From NCBI GenBank assembly GCA_029246685.1, contig JAQWMR010000001.1:31246-95245 (forward strand): DNA of 64,000 nucleotides, given 5' to 3'. The notes under the pieces are model-generated. The model was given only the letters and a program-made list of their open reading frames with translations. It was not told the origin of the DNA and searched no databases. Below are positions 29,178 to 39,423 of this stretch, one piece after another (position 1 is the stretch's first letter; every line of letters starts with the position of its first letter). Both the position numbers and the translations under genes were made by a program. Source of the stretch: Acidimicrobiales bacterium. Lineage in GTDB: Bacteria > Actinomycetota > Acidimicrobiia > Acidimicrobiales > Aldehydirespiratoraceae.

Positions 29178-29843
29178 TCAGTCCGCGCTCAGCGCGGCAG
29201 TCACGCTTCGATAGAGCTGAAGCTTGACGACACCGATCGAGCCCTCGGCTGTGGCCGCGAACGGAAGACCGAGCTCTCCGGCGACGGCCAGCAACTCGTC
29301 GAGCGACGCCGTCCGATCGACAATTCCAGCCGAGGCGGCCTCAGCGGCGCCGTAGCGGCGACCGGTCACGATGGCATCGCGGGCGACGGGCGGCGGCAGC
29401 AGCGCCTCGATCATCGACATCAGCCCAGCGCTGAAGCCCATGCCCAGGTGCACCTCGGGCCAGCAGATGAAGCCCCGGTCGTCACGCATCACGACGTGGT
29501 CGTGGACGATGACGGCGAACGCACCGGCGCCGAACGCGTGACCGTTCACCGCCGCGACCGTGGGGGCCGGGAAAGTCAGGATCCGACCGAGCACCTGCTC
29601 GACGGTGTTCACGTAGCCAACGACCGCGGCGCTCTCCTGTCCCGACATCCAGTCGACGTCGAGCCCGTTCGAGTAGTGCTTCCCGGCGCCGGTCGTCACG
29701 AGGACCTTTGGGCCGGTTGCGGCTTCGACCTCGTCCAGCAGAGCGTTCATTCCCGCGACCCAGGAGTGGTCGGTGGTATTGAGATCATCGCCGAAATTGA
29801 TGACGAACAGTTCGCCGTCCTGCGTGAGAGTTGGTTCACTCAT
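29178..29843 (-). CDS. Enoyl-CoA hydratase/isomerase family protein
   Basis: ATG at 29843. 'VAAVNGHAFGAGAFAVIVHDHVVM' is the crotonase core. Confidence 0.75.
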   Translation of the reverse strand: MSEPTLTQDGELFVINFGDDLNTTDHSWVAGMNALLDEVEAATGPKVLVTTGAGKHYSNGLDVDWMSGQESAAVVGYVNTVEQVLGRILTFPAPTVAAVNGHAFGAGAFAVIVHDHVVMRDDRGFICWPEVHLGMGFSAGLMSMIEALLPPPVARDAIVTGRRYGAAEAASAGIVDRTASLDELLAVAGELGLPFAATAEGSIGVVKLQLYRSVTAALSAD

Positions 29844-29871
29844 GCCGCGGACCATAGCCGGGGGTTTGCGC
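29844..29871 (-). promoter_or_regulatory. Putative leaderless promoter with a conserved spacer motif (copy 2)
   Basis: Minus strand reads GCAAACCCCCGGC-TATGGT-CCGCGGC-ATG, with the -10 lying 7 nt before the ATG. Confidence 0.4.
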
Positions 29872-29902
29872 AGGTCGACAGCGAGCGGAAGGATCACAAA
29901 CC

Positions 29903-30910
29903 GTGACTCGTCCCACCATCGTCATCGCCCACATGGAAGGTCTTCGACCCTTCGACGACGCCGCGCTCGACCGGCTCGATGCCGCCGGACGACTGCTCGA
30001 CCGCGATCCGATCCACTCCTGGAATGGCGACCGGGCTGACGCGCTTCTCGCCGAGGCGGAGATCATCGTCGGCCACTGGGGAACGCCAGGGATCAACGCA
30101 GCGATGCTGGCCCGAGCACCGAAGCTCCAGATGTTCGCCTATGCCGCGGGCACGGTGAAGTGGGCGATGGAGCCTGACGCCTGGGAACGCGATCTCGTCG
30201 TCACCTCGGGAGCTGCGGCCAATGCCGAACCGGTCGCCGAGTACACGCTCGCCATGATCCTGCTGGCCAACAAGCGCGTGTTCCCGGCCATCGATCAGAT
30301 GCGCGGGCACGGCGGTTGGACGCCTCCCGAGGGCACTGCCCCGCACGGCAATTGGGACAAGACGATCGGCCTCGTGTCGGCGAGCCTCATCGGCCGACGG
30401 GTCGCCGAGCTCCTCCAACCGTTCCCCCACCTGCCAGTCGAGGTCTTCGACCCGTTCGTCGACGCCGCCGAGATCGAGGCGCTCGGAGCGACGAAGGCCG
30501 ATGACCTGATAGAGCTGTGTCGCAAGGCCGACGTCCTCTCGATCCACGCACCCGCGCTGCCGGCAACCCACAACCTGATCGCGGCAGAGCATCTCGCGGC
30601 GCTCCCCGACGGGGCGACCGTGATCAACAACAGCCGTGGACATTGCCTCGATCTCGGCGCGCTCGTGGCTGAGCTCGAATCCGGTCGGCTCTTCGCCATC
30701 ATCGATGTCACCGACCCGCTCGAACCCTTGCCCGACGACCACCCGCTCCGAACCCTTCCCAACGCCATCTACACGCCCCACATCGCGGGTTCGCAGGGCA
30801 CCGAGCTGGAGCGAATGGCGTACTGGGTGTGCGACGAGGTGGAGCGCTTCGTGGAGGGCCGGCCTCAACGAAACCAGATCACCCATGACATGATCGACCG
30901 GATCGCCTGA
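29903..30910 (+). CDS. D-isomer-specific 2-hydroxyacid dehydrogenase family protein
   Basis: 'KTIGLVSASLIGRRVAELL' NAD motif, 'NNSRG', 'DVTDPEPLP'-like 'DVTDPLEPLP', 'TPHIAGS'. Confidence 0.8.
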   Translation: MTRPTIVIAHMEGLRPFDDAALDRLDAAGRLLDRDPIHSWNGDRADALLAEAEIIVGHWGTPGINAAMLARAPKLQMFAYAAGTVKWAMEPDAWERDLVVTSGAAANAEPVAEYTLAMILLANKRVFPAIDQMRGHGGWTPPEGTAPHGNWDKTIGLVSASLIGRRVAELLQPFPHLPVEVFDPFVDAAEIEALGATKADDLIELCRKADVLSIHAPALPATHNLIAAEHLAALPDGATVINNSRGHCLDLGALVAELESGRLFAIIDVTDPLEPLPDDHPLRTLPNAIYTPHIAGSQGTELERMAYWVCDEVERFVEGRPQRNQITHDMIDRIA

Positions 30911-30925
30911 GCAGGAGAAACACCC

Positions 30926-31393
30926 ATGTCTGACGCCATTGCCTTCGACGACATCGACGCCATCAACGGTCACGCCTCCGAGGAGTACGGGGACTGGGGC
31001 ACCGAGATCGAGGTCACCCAGGAGATGATCAACGACTTCGCCGAACTCACCGGCGACCGACAGTGGATCCACATCGATGTGGAGCGCTGCATCAAGGAGA
31101 GCCCGTTCGGCGGCCCGATCGCCCACGGCTACCTGACGATGAGCCTCATGCCGATGCTCATCTCCGTCCCCGTGAAGCTCGGTGGGATCAAGAACGCGGT
31201 GAACTTCGGCTGCGGGGGCGCTCGCTTCCTGTCCCCCGTGCCAGCCGGATCCACGATCCACGCCCGCTCTCGCCTGATCGGTGCCGAGGCCCACCGGGCC
31301 GGCACGCTGCTGAGCTTCGAGTCCGCAACGCACGTGAAGGGCAACGAGAAGCCCTCACTCGTCTACACCAGCCAGATCCTCTACCAAGGCTGA
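30926..31393 (+). CDS. MaoC-like (R)-specific enoyl-CoA hydratase / hot-dog fold
   Basis: 'FAELTGDRQWIHIDVERC...GGPIAHGYLTMSL'. Confidence 0.8.
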   Translation: MSDAIAFDDIDAINGHASEEYGDWGTEIEVTQEMINDFAELTGDRQWIHIDVERCIKESPFGGPIAHGYLTMSLMPMLISVPVKLGGIKNAVNFGCGGARFLSPVPAGSTIHARSRLIGAEAHRAGTLLSFESATHVKGNEKPSLVYTSQILYQG

Positions 31394-31397
31394 TCGG

Positions 31398-32876
31398 GTG
31401 CCCGACTCGGGCAGTACTCACTCAGACAATGCCCGCTCAGGCAATGTCATCGAGACGCTCCGCGACGCGGCGCGAGATCGGTTCGACGCGCCGGCGCTGA
31501 TCGAGCCCGGCGACTCGACGGTCACGTACGGGGAGCTCTTCGATCAGGCTGCTCGTCTCGCGACCGTGCTCGCTGAGCGCGGCGCTGCCCCTGGGGAACG
31601 AGTGCTCGTCCAGACCCCCAAATCGCCCGCCGCGGTCGCCCTCTACCTCGCCTGCCTTCACGCCGGCACGGTGCACACCCCACTCAACCCGACGTTCACG
31701 GCGGCCGAACTCGACTACTTCATCGCCGATGCGACGCCCGCGCTCGCGGTCGCGGATGGCCACGTCTCGATCCACGGGATCGTGGCCGAAGCCGAGCACG
31801 CTGTGCCCCTCGCCCCGATCGTCCGCGCTGATAGCGATCTCGCCGCACTGCTCTACACATCCGGCACGACCGGTCGCCCGAAGGGCGCCGCGCTGACCAA
31901 CGCCAACCTGCGTCACAACGCCCGTGCGCTCCACGAGGCGTGGCGCTTCGGGCCGGATGATCACCTGATCCACGCATTGCCGCTGTTCCATGTCCACGGT
32001 CTGTTCGTCGCGCTGCATTGCTCGATGCTGTCGGCCATCCCGATGACGTTCCTGCGCCGGTTCGAGGCCGACGCTGTCATCAACGCACTCCCCGACGCGA
32101 CCGTGTTGATGGGAGTCCCGACCCACTACAACCGGCTGATGGCGGACCCACGGTTCGATCGCGAACGGACGGGCGGCATGCGCCTGTTCACTTGCGGTTC
32201 CGCACCTCTGCCGGTCGCCCAGTTCGAGGCGTTCGCCGAACGTACGGGCCAGCACATCTGTGAGCGCTACGGCATGAGCGAAGCCGGGATCATGACGTCG
32301 AACCCCTACGACGGCGAACGGCTCGCCGGCAGCGTCGGCTACGCCCTGCGCGACGTCGAACTACGGGTGTGCGACGACGCCGGTGCCGTCCTTGATCCGG
32401 ACAAGACAGGGGTGCTCGAGGTTCGCGGGCCACATCTGTTCTCGGGCTACTGGGGCCAGCCCGAGGCAACGGCCGATGCGCACCGCGCCGACGGTTGGTT
32501 CGTCACAGGCGACATCGGCAGCCTCTCGGCCGACGGACGCGTGACGCTGCAGGGACGGGCCGGCGACATGATCATTTCCGGCGGGGAGAACATCTACCCG
32601 AAGGAGATCGAGCTCGTGCTGGACGAACAGCCGGGTGTGGTCGAATCGGCAGTCGTCGGCCTTCCCCACCCGGACTTCGGCGAAGCCGTGGTCGCCGTAG
32701 TCGTCGTCGATGGCGCCTACGACGCCGAGAGCGTGAAGGCCGCGTTGGCCGAAGGACTCGCCCGCTTCAAGCACCCGAAGCACACGATCGTTGTCGAGGC
32801 ACTTCCCCGCAACGCCATGGGCAAGGTGCAGAAGACCGAACTTCGCGCGGCCTATGCCGACATCTTCTCCGACTGA
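31398..32876 (+). CDS. AMP-dependent acyl-CoA synthetase/ligase (malonyl-CoA-synthetase-like)
   Basis: 'LLYTSGTTGRPKGA', 'GYWG', 'TGDIG', 'GRAGDMIISGGENIYPKEIE'. Confidence 0.85.
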   Translation: MPDSGSTHSDNARSGNVIETLRDAARDRFDAPALIEPGDSTVTYGELFDQAARLATVLAERGAAPGERVLVQTPKSPAAVALYLACLHAGTVHTPLNPTFTAAELDYFIADATPALAVADGHVSIHGIVAEAEHAVPLAPIVRADSDLAALLYTSGTTGRPKGAALTNANLRHNARALHEAWRFGPDDHLIHALPLFHVHGLFVALHCSMLSAIPMTFLRRFEADAVINALPDATVLMGVPTHYNRLMADPRFDRERTGGMRLFTCGSAPLPVAQFEAFAERTGQHICERYGMSEAGIMTSNPYDGERLAGSVGYALRDVELRVCDDAGAVLDPDKTGVLEVRGPHLFSGYWGQPEATADAHRADGWFVTGDIGSLSADGRVTLQGRAGDMIISGGENIYPKEIELVLDEQPGVVESAVVGLPHPDFGEAVVAVVVVDGAYDAESVKAALAEGLARFKHPKHTIVVEALPRNAMGKVQKTELRAAYADIFSD

Positions 32877-34636
32877 TCGTCCTCACTGACGGATCGCGCC
32901 GCGGCCCGCTGGCGAACCAGCCGGAGGAGCTGCCACAGACCGAGAAGAGTCGCCGCCGGGATCAACAGTCGGATCGTTCCTCGACCTACCGCACCCTCGA
33001 CAGACGCCGTGAGCGCGTGACCGTCATCCTCCACCAACGCGTCGTCAGCGTCGGCCCACGCCAATCGCAGCTCAGCCAACTCGCCATCGGGGTCGCTGCC
33101 CCACAGACCAACGCGAGCCAGCAGCCCTCGATCCCCGTTCACCACCGCTTCAGCCTCGTCAAAGGCCATCAGCGCCGCTCCGCGCGCCTCGAACGCGCTC
33201 ACGACCTCGGTCAGATCGTCTTCGGCCAGCTCGAACGAAAGCTGCATCTCGCTCCGAGCGGGGAGCTCGAGCGTCTCGGCCCACGCGGCGAGATTGTCGC
33301 GGGTGACGATGACGTCACTCACCTCGGCTTGACGCTCCGTGAACGTGTCGAAGTCCCAGCTCGCCATTGCATCGCGCAGGAACGCGGGGAGCGCCCACCC
33401 ACCGGAGCGGGCTTCCAGAGCCTCGTAGTCGAGCAGCGCCGCGGCTCTGCGGTCGATCAGCGCGTCGCCGAGATCGGCCGTGACTGTGGCCCGGAACGCC
33501 GTTGCGGCGTCGTCCACGCCACCGACGCGCTCGATCAGATCGAGGAGCGTCTGCCACCCGGGCGTCAGGACTCTCGGGCTCGGCGTGGCCCCGGGGTACG
33601 GGCTGGTTTCGGCGCGCAACGCGTCGACAACGGCGCGCACACCGTCGCTGCCCAACTCTCCGACGAGGTCGGCGATCACGGCCTCTTCGGAACCGGGCTC
33701 GCCGAGCTGACCCGCGAATCCGAGCGCGAGCCCCTCGATGAACCACGACTCGTCGACCCTGACGTCGTCCAGCCACGCGTGGGCGAGCTGATGGTCCACC
33801 GCAGCCGCGGACGAGTTCGACAGCTCGACCAGATCCAACTCGACCGCGAGGTGGTCGTCACCCGGGAACGTGCGCCGGATCGCGAATCTGCGATCGAGCG
33901 CTCCGAACCACGCGTCGAGTCGCTGCGCCACCTCGGTGGCACGCCCCTCGACGTCGATACGCCAGCCGTCATCAGGCCAGGACAAGATGTCGACCGGCGG
34001 TGGGAGCGACAGCGTGGACGTCTCGAACAGCTCGACGTCACGAAGTTCGATCCGGATGGCCTCATACGGCGGCATAAACATCTCGTAGGTGCTGATCGCG
34101 CCGCTCCCCCGGAGGAGATTCAGCTCGACGACCGGTTCGTAACTGAACACCACGCTCACATGAATCGTGCCGAAATCGCTGCCCTCCGGACCGGGACGGA
34201 ACACGTCGAAGGCGGCAACGCCCGGAGCAATCAGCGGTCCGGGCAGTGCCGAGCTGATGATCGACCAGGTGAGCCGCACCTCGGCTGTGTCACCGATCTC
34301 GAGCGGCTCCTCGAATGCGATGAACCACGTGGCGAATCCGTCGGCCTCGCCGAGAAGGATGATCTCGAGTTCACGATCGTTCTGGTGCGCTGCGACATCG
34401 GCTGCGTCAGCCGGGAGCGATTCGAAGAAGCCCGGGAACTCGACGCCTTCCGTGACGTTCTCGTGGAAGTAGGAGAACACAACGTCGACGCGCCCGAGGT
34501 CGGGCAGAACCTCGAACTGTGCGGAGCCGCTCCACTGCAACTCGGCCGCGTCTTGGGCCGCGGCGGGCGCAACCGACGCGAGGAAGCCGAGCAGCATCGC
34601 CACGACCGCTGCGCTTCGCACAGTCGAGCGAATCAT
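32852..34636 (-). CDS. Secreted, C-terminally anchored M1/gluzincin-like protein with HQLAH in place of HExxH
   Basis: ATG at 34636 gives the signal peptide 'MIRSTVRSAAVVAMLLGFLASVAPAAAQD'. 'VDHQLAHAWLDD...ESWFIEGLALGFA' parallels M1 'HELAHQW...LNEGFA'. The C-terminal TM is 'LLIPAATLLGLWQLL'. Confidence 0.5.
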   Translation of the reverse strand: MIRSTVRSAAVVAMLLGFLASVAPAAAQDAAELQWSGSAQFEVLPDLGRVDVVFSYFHENVTEGVEFPGFFESLPADAADVAAHQNDRELEIILLGEADGFATWFIAFEEPLEIGDTAEVRLTWSIISSALPGPLIAPGVAAFDVFRPGPEGSDFGTIHVSVVFSYEPVVELNLLRGSGAISTYEMFMPPYEAIRIELRDVELFETSTLSLPPPVDILSWPDDGWRIDVEGRATEVAQRLDAWFGALDRRFAIRRTFPGDDHLAVELDLVELSNSSAAAVDHQLAHAWLDDVRVDESWFIEGLALGFAGQLGEPGSEEAVIADLVGELGSDGVRAVVDALRAETSPYPGATPSPRVLTPGWQTLLDLIERVGGVDDAATAFRATVTADLGDALIDRRAAALLDYEALEARSGGWALPAFLRDAMASWDFDTFTERQAEVSDVIVTRDNLAAWAETLELPARSEMQLSFELAEDDLTEVVSAFEARGAALMAFDEAEAVVNGDRGLLARVGLWGSDPDGELAELRLAWADADDALVEDDGHALTASVEGAVGRGTIRLLIPAATLLGLWQLLRLVRQRAAARSVSEDDQSEKMSA

Positions 34637-34883
34637 CACAGCTGAGGAGGTTACCGAGCCCCGGACCGGCGGCGAGCGCGCCGAACGTAGAACCCGAGCG
34701 CGCGAATGGTGAATGGCGCCAGGATCGCGACGACGCCAGCCAGTCGCCGGGCACCCGATCTGTTGGCCCGGTCGGCTTCGCGCTCGATTTCCTGCCGGCA
34801 GACGCGCCACGCGGATCGCAGCGGCAGCGTCGAGCGCCTCGTCAGCCGCGGCCCGGACAGCGCTCCGCGCGTAGTCTCCAGAC

Positions 34884-35738
34884 ATGAGCGACGGCGAAGC
34901 GATCGAGCTGAAGACCACTCTTTGGGCAACAGACCGCGGCGTTGCGATGATCACGCTCTCGCGGCCCGAATCCAACAACGCGTGGACCGGGCGGATGCAC
35001 ACCGAACTCCGTCATCTCCTGGAGCGAGGCGAGAACGACCCCGAGATCCGCGTCATCGTCATCACCGGAGATCCCGCTGGCCGCACGTTCTGCCCTGGTG
35101 GCGATGCCAAGGCCATCGCAGGTCACGCGGAGCGAGGCGCATACGAACCGGGGACTCCGACAGACCTCGCCACTCCTGGTTACGGCGTCCGCCCCGAGTT
35201 CGACGCCGACTTCGCCTACCTCCTCGGGATGAGCACCGTCACCGTCGCAGCCGTCAACGGCGCCACCGCGGGCGTCGGGCTCGCGCTCGCGTGCTGGTGC
35301 GATATTCGCATCATCGCGGACAACGCCAAGCTCACCAGCGCACACGGCAAGCTCAACCTGCCCGCCGAGTACGGCTTGTCCTGGATACTTCCTCGAATCG
35401 TCGGCCGAGGCGTCGCGACCGACATCCTGCTCACCTCCCGCATCGTTCTCGGCGAGGAAGCCGGCCGGATCGGCCTCGCCAACCAGGTCGTCCCCACCGA
35501 CGACGTCATGGCCACCGCACTCGCCTACGCACACACGCTCGTCGAGACCGTGAGTCCCCGATCGCTCGAAGCGACAAAGCGCCAGCTCGCGGTCGACGCC
35601 GTCCACGCCGACCCGTCCACCTCCGTTCAAGACGCCCAGGCTCGCCTCGAAGCGATGATGACCGAAGCGGACTATCAGGAAGGCGCCGCCGCGCTCAACG
35701 AACGCCGGCCACCGCGCTGGACATCCGGCCGGAACTGA
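34884..35738 (+). CDS. Enoyl-CoA hydratase/isomerase family protein
   Basis: 'VAMITLSRPESNNAW', 'VAAVNGATAGVGLALACWCDIRI'. TAGTCT lies 7 nt before the ATG, so the transcript is possibly leaderless. Confidence 0.8.
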   Translation: MSDGEAIELKTTLWATDRGVAMITLSRPESNNAWTGRMHTELRHLLERGENDPEIRVIVITGDPAGRTFCPGGDAKAIAGHAERGAYEPGTPTDLATPGYGVRPEFDADFAYLLGMSTVTVAAVNGATAGVGLALACWCDIRIIADNAKLTSAHGKLNLPAEYGLSWILPRIVGRGVATDILLTSRIVLGEEAGRIGLANQVVPTDDVMATALAYAHTLVETVSPRSLEATKRQLAVDAVHADPSTSVQDAQARLEAMMTEADYQEGAAALNERRPPRWTSGRN

Positions 35739-35791
35739 CACGAAATCCGCTCAAGCCACCCGTTTCCAGCGCCGAAAGAACAAGTGTCCGG

Positions 35792-35928
35792 CGGATTCGC
35801 CCCCGCTGGTCACAATGAGAGACGGGTGGGGGTTGAACACTCCCTCCAACGCATCGCCACCAGAGCTTTTCCAGGGTGTTGGCGCACTTGTTCAGCCTCC
35901 GCCCCCTCTCTCAAACTCGTCCCGCAGG
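35792..35928. repeat. ~135-bp conserved intergenic element, copy A
   Basis: Aligns base for base with 36269-36401 with few mismatches, e.g. GGGGGTTGAACACTCCCTCCAACGCAT...CTTTTCCAGGGTG.TGGCGCACT.GTTCAGCCTCCGCCCCCTCTC. GGGGGTTGAAC can pair with GTTCAG..CCCCC. Confidence 0.75.
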
Positions 35929-35948
35929 GGTGAGTTTCTGGGTTTTGG

Positions 35949-36167
35949 CTAGCCGCCGATCAGACTGGCAAGAGCCCAGATCGCGGCGACCAGACCGACG
36001 ACGATGAACACCACGCTGCGAATCAGCGGTGCTCGATCGAGATCCTCATCGTCGCGGCGTTCGTCCGGCGGGCGGAGCAGTGCGGCCACGTTGCCGGCCG
36101 CCATCGCGCCGCCGATCGCGAGCACCAGCCACGCCAGGAGATCCTCGCCCAGTAACATACGCGCCAT
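35949..36167 (-). CDS. Small (72 aa) two-TM membrane protein
   Basis: Two hydrophobic spans ('LLAWLVLAIGGAMAAGNVAAL' and 'VVFIVVGLVAAIWALASLI') are separated by a charged loop. The gene is flanked by the two ~135-bp elements. Confidence 0.5.
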   Translation of the reverse strand: MARMLLGEDLLAWLVLAIGGAMAAGNVAALLRPPDERRDDEDLDRAPLIRSVVFIVVGLVAAIWALASLIGG

Positions 36168-36268
36168 GTTGGTAGCGACCCTGGTCCCGCGCCAACCGGG
36201 CCGAACGGCCCCTCCTCGACCACGAGGGTCACATCAGCCACCGGCGCACCGATACACACACTGGCTAT

Positions 36269-36401
36269 CGGATTCGCCCCCGGTAGTTACGAGAGCACAA
36301 GTGGGGGTTGAACACTCCCTCCAACGCATTGCTACCAGCGCTTTTCCAGGGTGCTGGCGCACTCGTTCAGCCTCCGCCCCCTCTCAATTACATCCCGCAG
36401 G
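36269..36401. repeat. ~135-bp conserved intergenic element, copy B
   Basis: Same as copy A, in direct orientation, 477 bp downstream. Confidence 0.75.
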
Positions 36402-36418
36402 CAAGCTGCGGAGTCCTC

Positions 36419-37096
36419 TCAGCGGAGGAAGTCGTCGTCGGTGACGTCGGTGCGGTAGCCGGTCGTACGTTCCTCGTCGACGGCGCTCTGTCGTCGCACC
36501 AGGCTCGAGGCCAGCGCACCCGTCTCGTCGTCGAAGCAGAACTGCGACGCCCGCCCCCACGGCGACCGCAAGACCGCCTCTCGCAACTCGAGCTGGAAAC
36601 ACGAGTCGTGTTGCTCGACGTCGTAGAGCCGGGCGTTGCCAATGATGTACTCCAGCACCAGCTGCATCTCGGTGTCGAGGCGCTCGTCGTACGACCGGCC
36701 CTGGCCGCCATCCGTGCATGCGGGGACCACTATGGCGTCGCTCGGGGCGTCGCATGTCGTGACCGTTCCATCAATCGACTCGGTCACGGCCCGAAGCCGC
36801 ACGACGAGGCGGCGAGGTGGGTCCTGAGCCATGAACACGTCCCCGCTGAGTGGCTCATCGGCGCCGTCGATGGTCCGGGTCCACGTACCGGAGCTGACGA
36901 AGGTGCCCGTCCGCCAGCGGGTCCAGGCGATCACAAGCGCCTCCGCCGCGGCGGGATCGTGGTCGACGGCCGGGAAGGTCAGCTCGATCGACGGCAAGGT
37001 CTCCGCCGGACCGGGATCGTCATCGCCAGCGACCCGGGCCGCAATCGCCAGAACGGCCAGAACTCCGGCGCACAGGCCCCCGAGCACCAGAACCAC
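36419..37096 (-). CDS. Membrane-anchored hypothetical protein
   Basis: GTG start. N-terminal TM 'VLVLGGLCAGVLAVLAIAA' followed by a ~200-aa soluble domain with 4 Cys. No motif recognised. Confidence 0.5.
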   Translation of the reverse strand: MVLVLGGLCAGVLAVLAIAARVAGDDDPGPAETLPSIELTFPAVDHDPAAAEALVIAWTRWRTGTFVSSGTWTRTIDGADEPLSGDVFMAQDPPRRLVVRLRAVTESIDGTVTTCDAPSDAIVVPACTDGGQGRSYDERLDTEMQLVLEYIIGNARLYDVEQHDSCFQLELREAVLRSPWGRASQFCFDDETGALASSLVRRQSAVDEERTTGYRTDVTDDDFLR

Positions 37097-37205
37097 GGGT
37101 CGCTTACGACCGCGACGGTAAATGGGTCATCAATCCCCTGGGACCATCGTCCCAAACACGATTTTCGTCCTCAGGCTGCACCCCGCACATGACGAAGTCC
37201 ATTAC

Positions 37206-37976
37206 ATGCGTCTGTTGCGTCGATCCGTTGCCTCCCTCTCGCAACCGATCGACCTCCGCGCCGAGGTCGACGCCGCCTGGGACCGACTCAAGATCCACGG
37301 ACAAGGCATACACAGCACGACCGACGGATCGCTCTTCGCGACCGAAGCACTCTTGCGATGGCGTCGCAACCCGAACGAACTCTGGGCCGCCAGCATGGTT
37401 CTGCCGATCGCGGAAGAGACGTCACGGGTAGAGGAGTGCACCCGATGGGCAACTGAGTTGTCGATCAGCACATGGGCCACAAGCGATCGTCGCCGGCACG
37501 GCGGACGTCTCGCCCTCAACTTCCATGGCGCGCAACTCGCTCGGCCCGAACTGGCCGCTGAGGTCCACGCGATCCTCGAGACGTACGGCGTGGTTGAGGG
37601 CGAGCTCCTGCTCGAGATCCCCGACCACATCGGCCCCGACCGTTGCCGGACAGCCGTCGACCACCTCGGCCCCTTGGTCGACAACGGTGCACTCATCGCG
37701 CTCGACGACCACACGGGCACCGGCTCGGCCACCCAGCCCAGCCCGAACTGGCTTCCCGCCGGGTCGATCGTCAAGCTCGATCCCGGTCTCATCATGGCGT
37801 GCGACCAACTCGACGGTCGAGAGATCCTCGAGCGGACGGCCGATGGCCTCCACGCCGAGGGATACGTCCTGGTTGCGAAAGCCGTGGAGCGACCCGGTCA
37901 ACTCGCCTCGATCATTCGCTGCCGCATCGTATGGACCCAGGGCTTCCTCCTCGCGAGGCCTGAGCTGCTCGGCTGA
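37206..37976 (+). CDS. Stand-alone EAL-domain protein (degenerate; probably not a c-di-GMP phosphodiesterase)
   Basis: 'EALLRW', 'LNFHG', 'LLLEIPD', 'ALDDHTGTG', 'VKLDPGL', 'AKAVER', 'TQGFLLARP' follow EAL-domain motif order. The start is 37206 or 37122. Confidence 0.6.
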   Translation: MRLLRRSVASLSQPIDLRAEVDAAWDRLKIHGQGIHSTTDGSLFATEALLRWRRNPNELWAASMVLPIAEETSRVEECTRWATELSISTWATSDRRRHGGRLALNFHGAQLARPELAAEVHAILETYGVVEGELLLEIPDHIGPDRCRTAVDHLGPLVDNGALIALDDHTGTGSATQPSPNWLPAGSIVKLDPGLIMACDQLDGREILERTADGLHAEGYVLVAKAVERPGQLASIIRCRIVWTQGFLLARPELLG

Positions 37977-38018
37977 CGCTGTCGAAACTGCAGCGGGGGT
38001 CTGACCCCAAGTGCGGCG

Positions 38019-39374
<1,356 letters not shown>

Positions 39375-39423
39375 CTGAGTTCCACTCCCGACGCCGACGG
39401 AAGACACTGGCCCCCGGAGCCTG

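Noticed and set aside
35792-36401. Whether the ~135-bp paired elements are 6C RNAs, the actinobacterial ncRNA with C-rich loops.
   Set aside because: C-rich runs are present (CCTCCGCCCCCTCTC, ACTCCCTCC). I cannot reproduce the two-hairpin 6C architecture by eye, and I have no covariance-model result. It is left as an unclassified repeat to test with cmscan.
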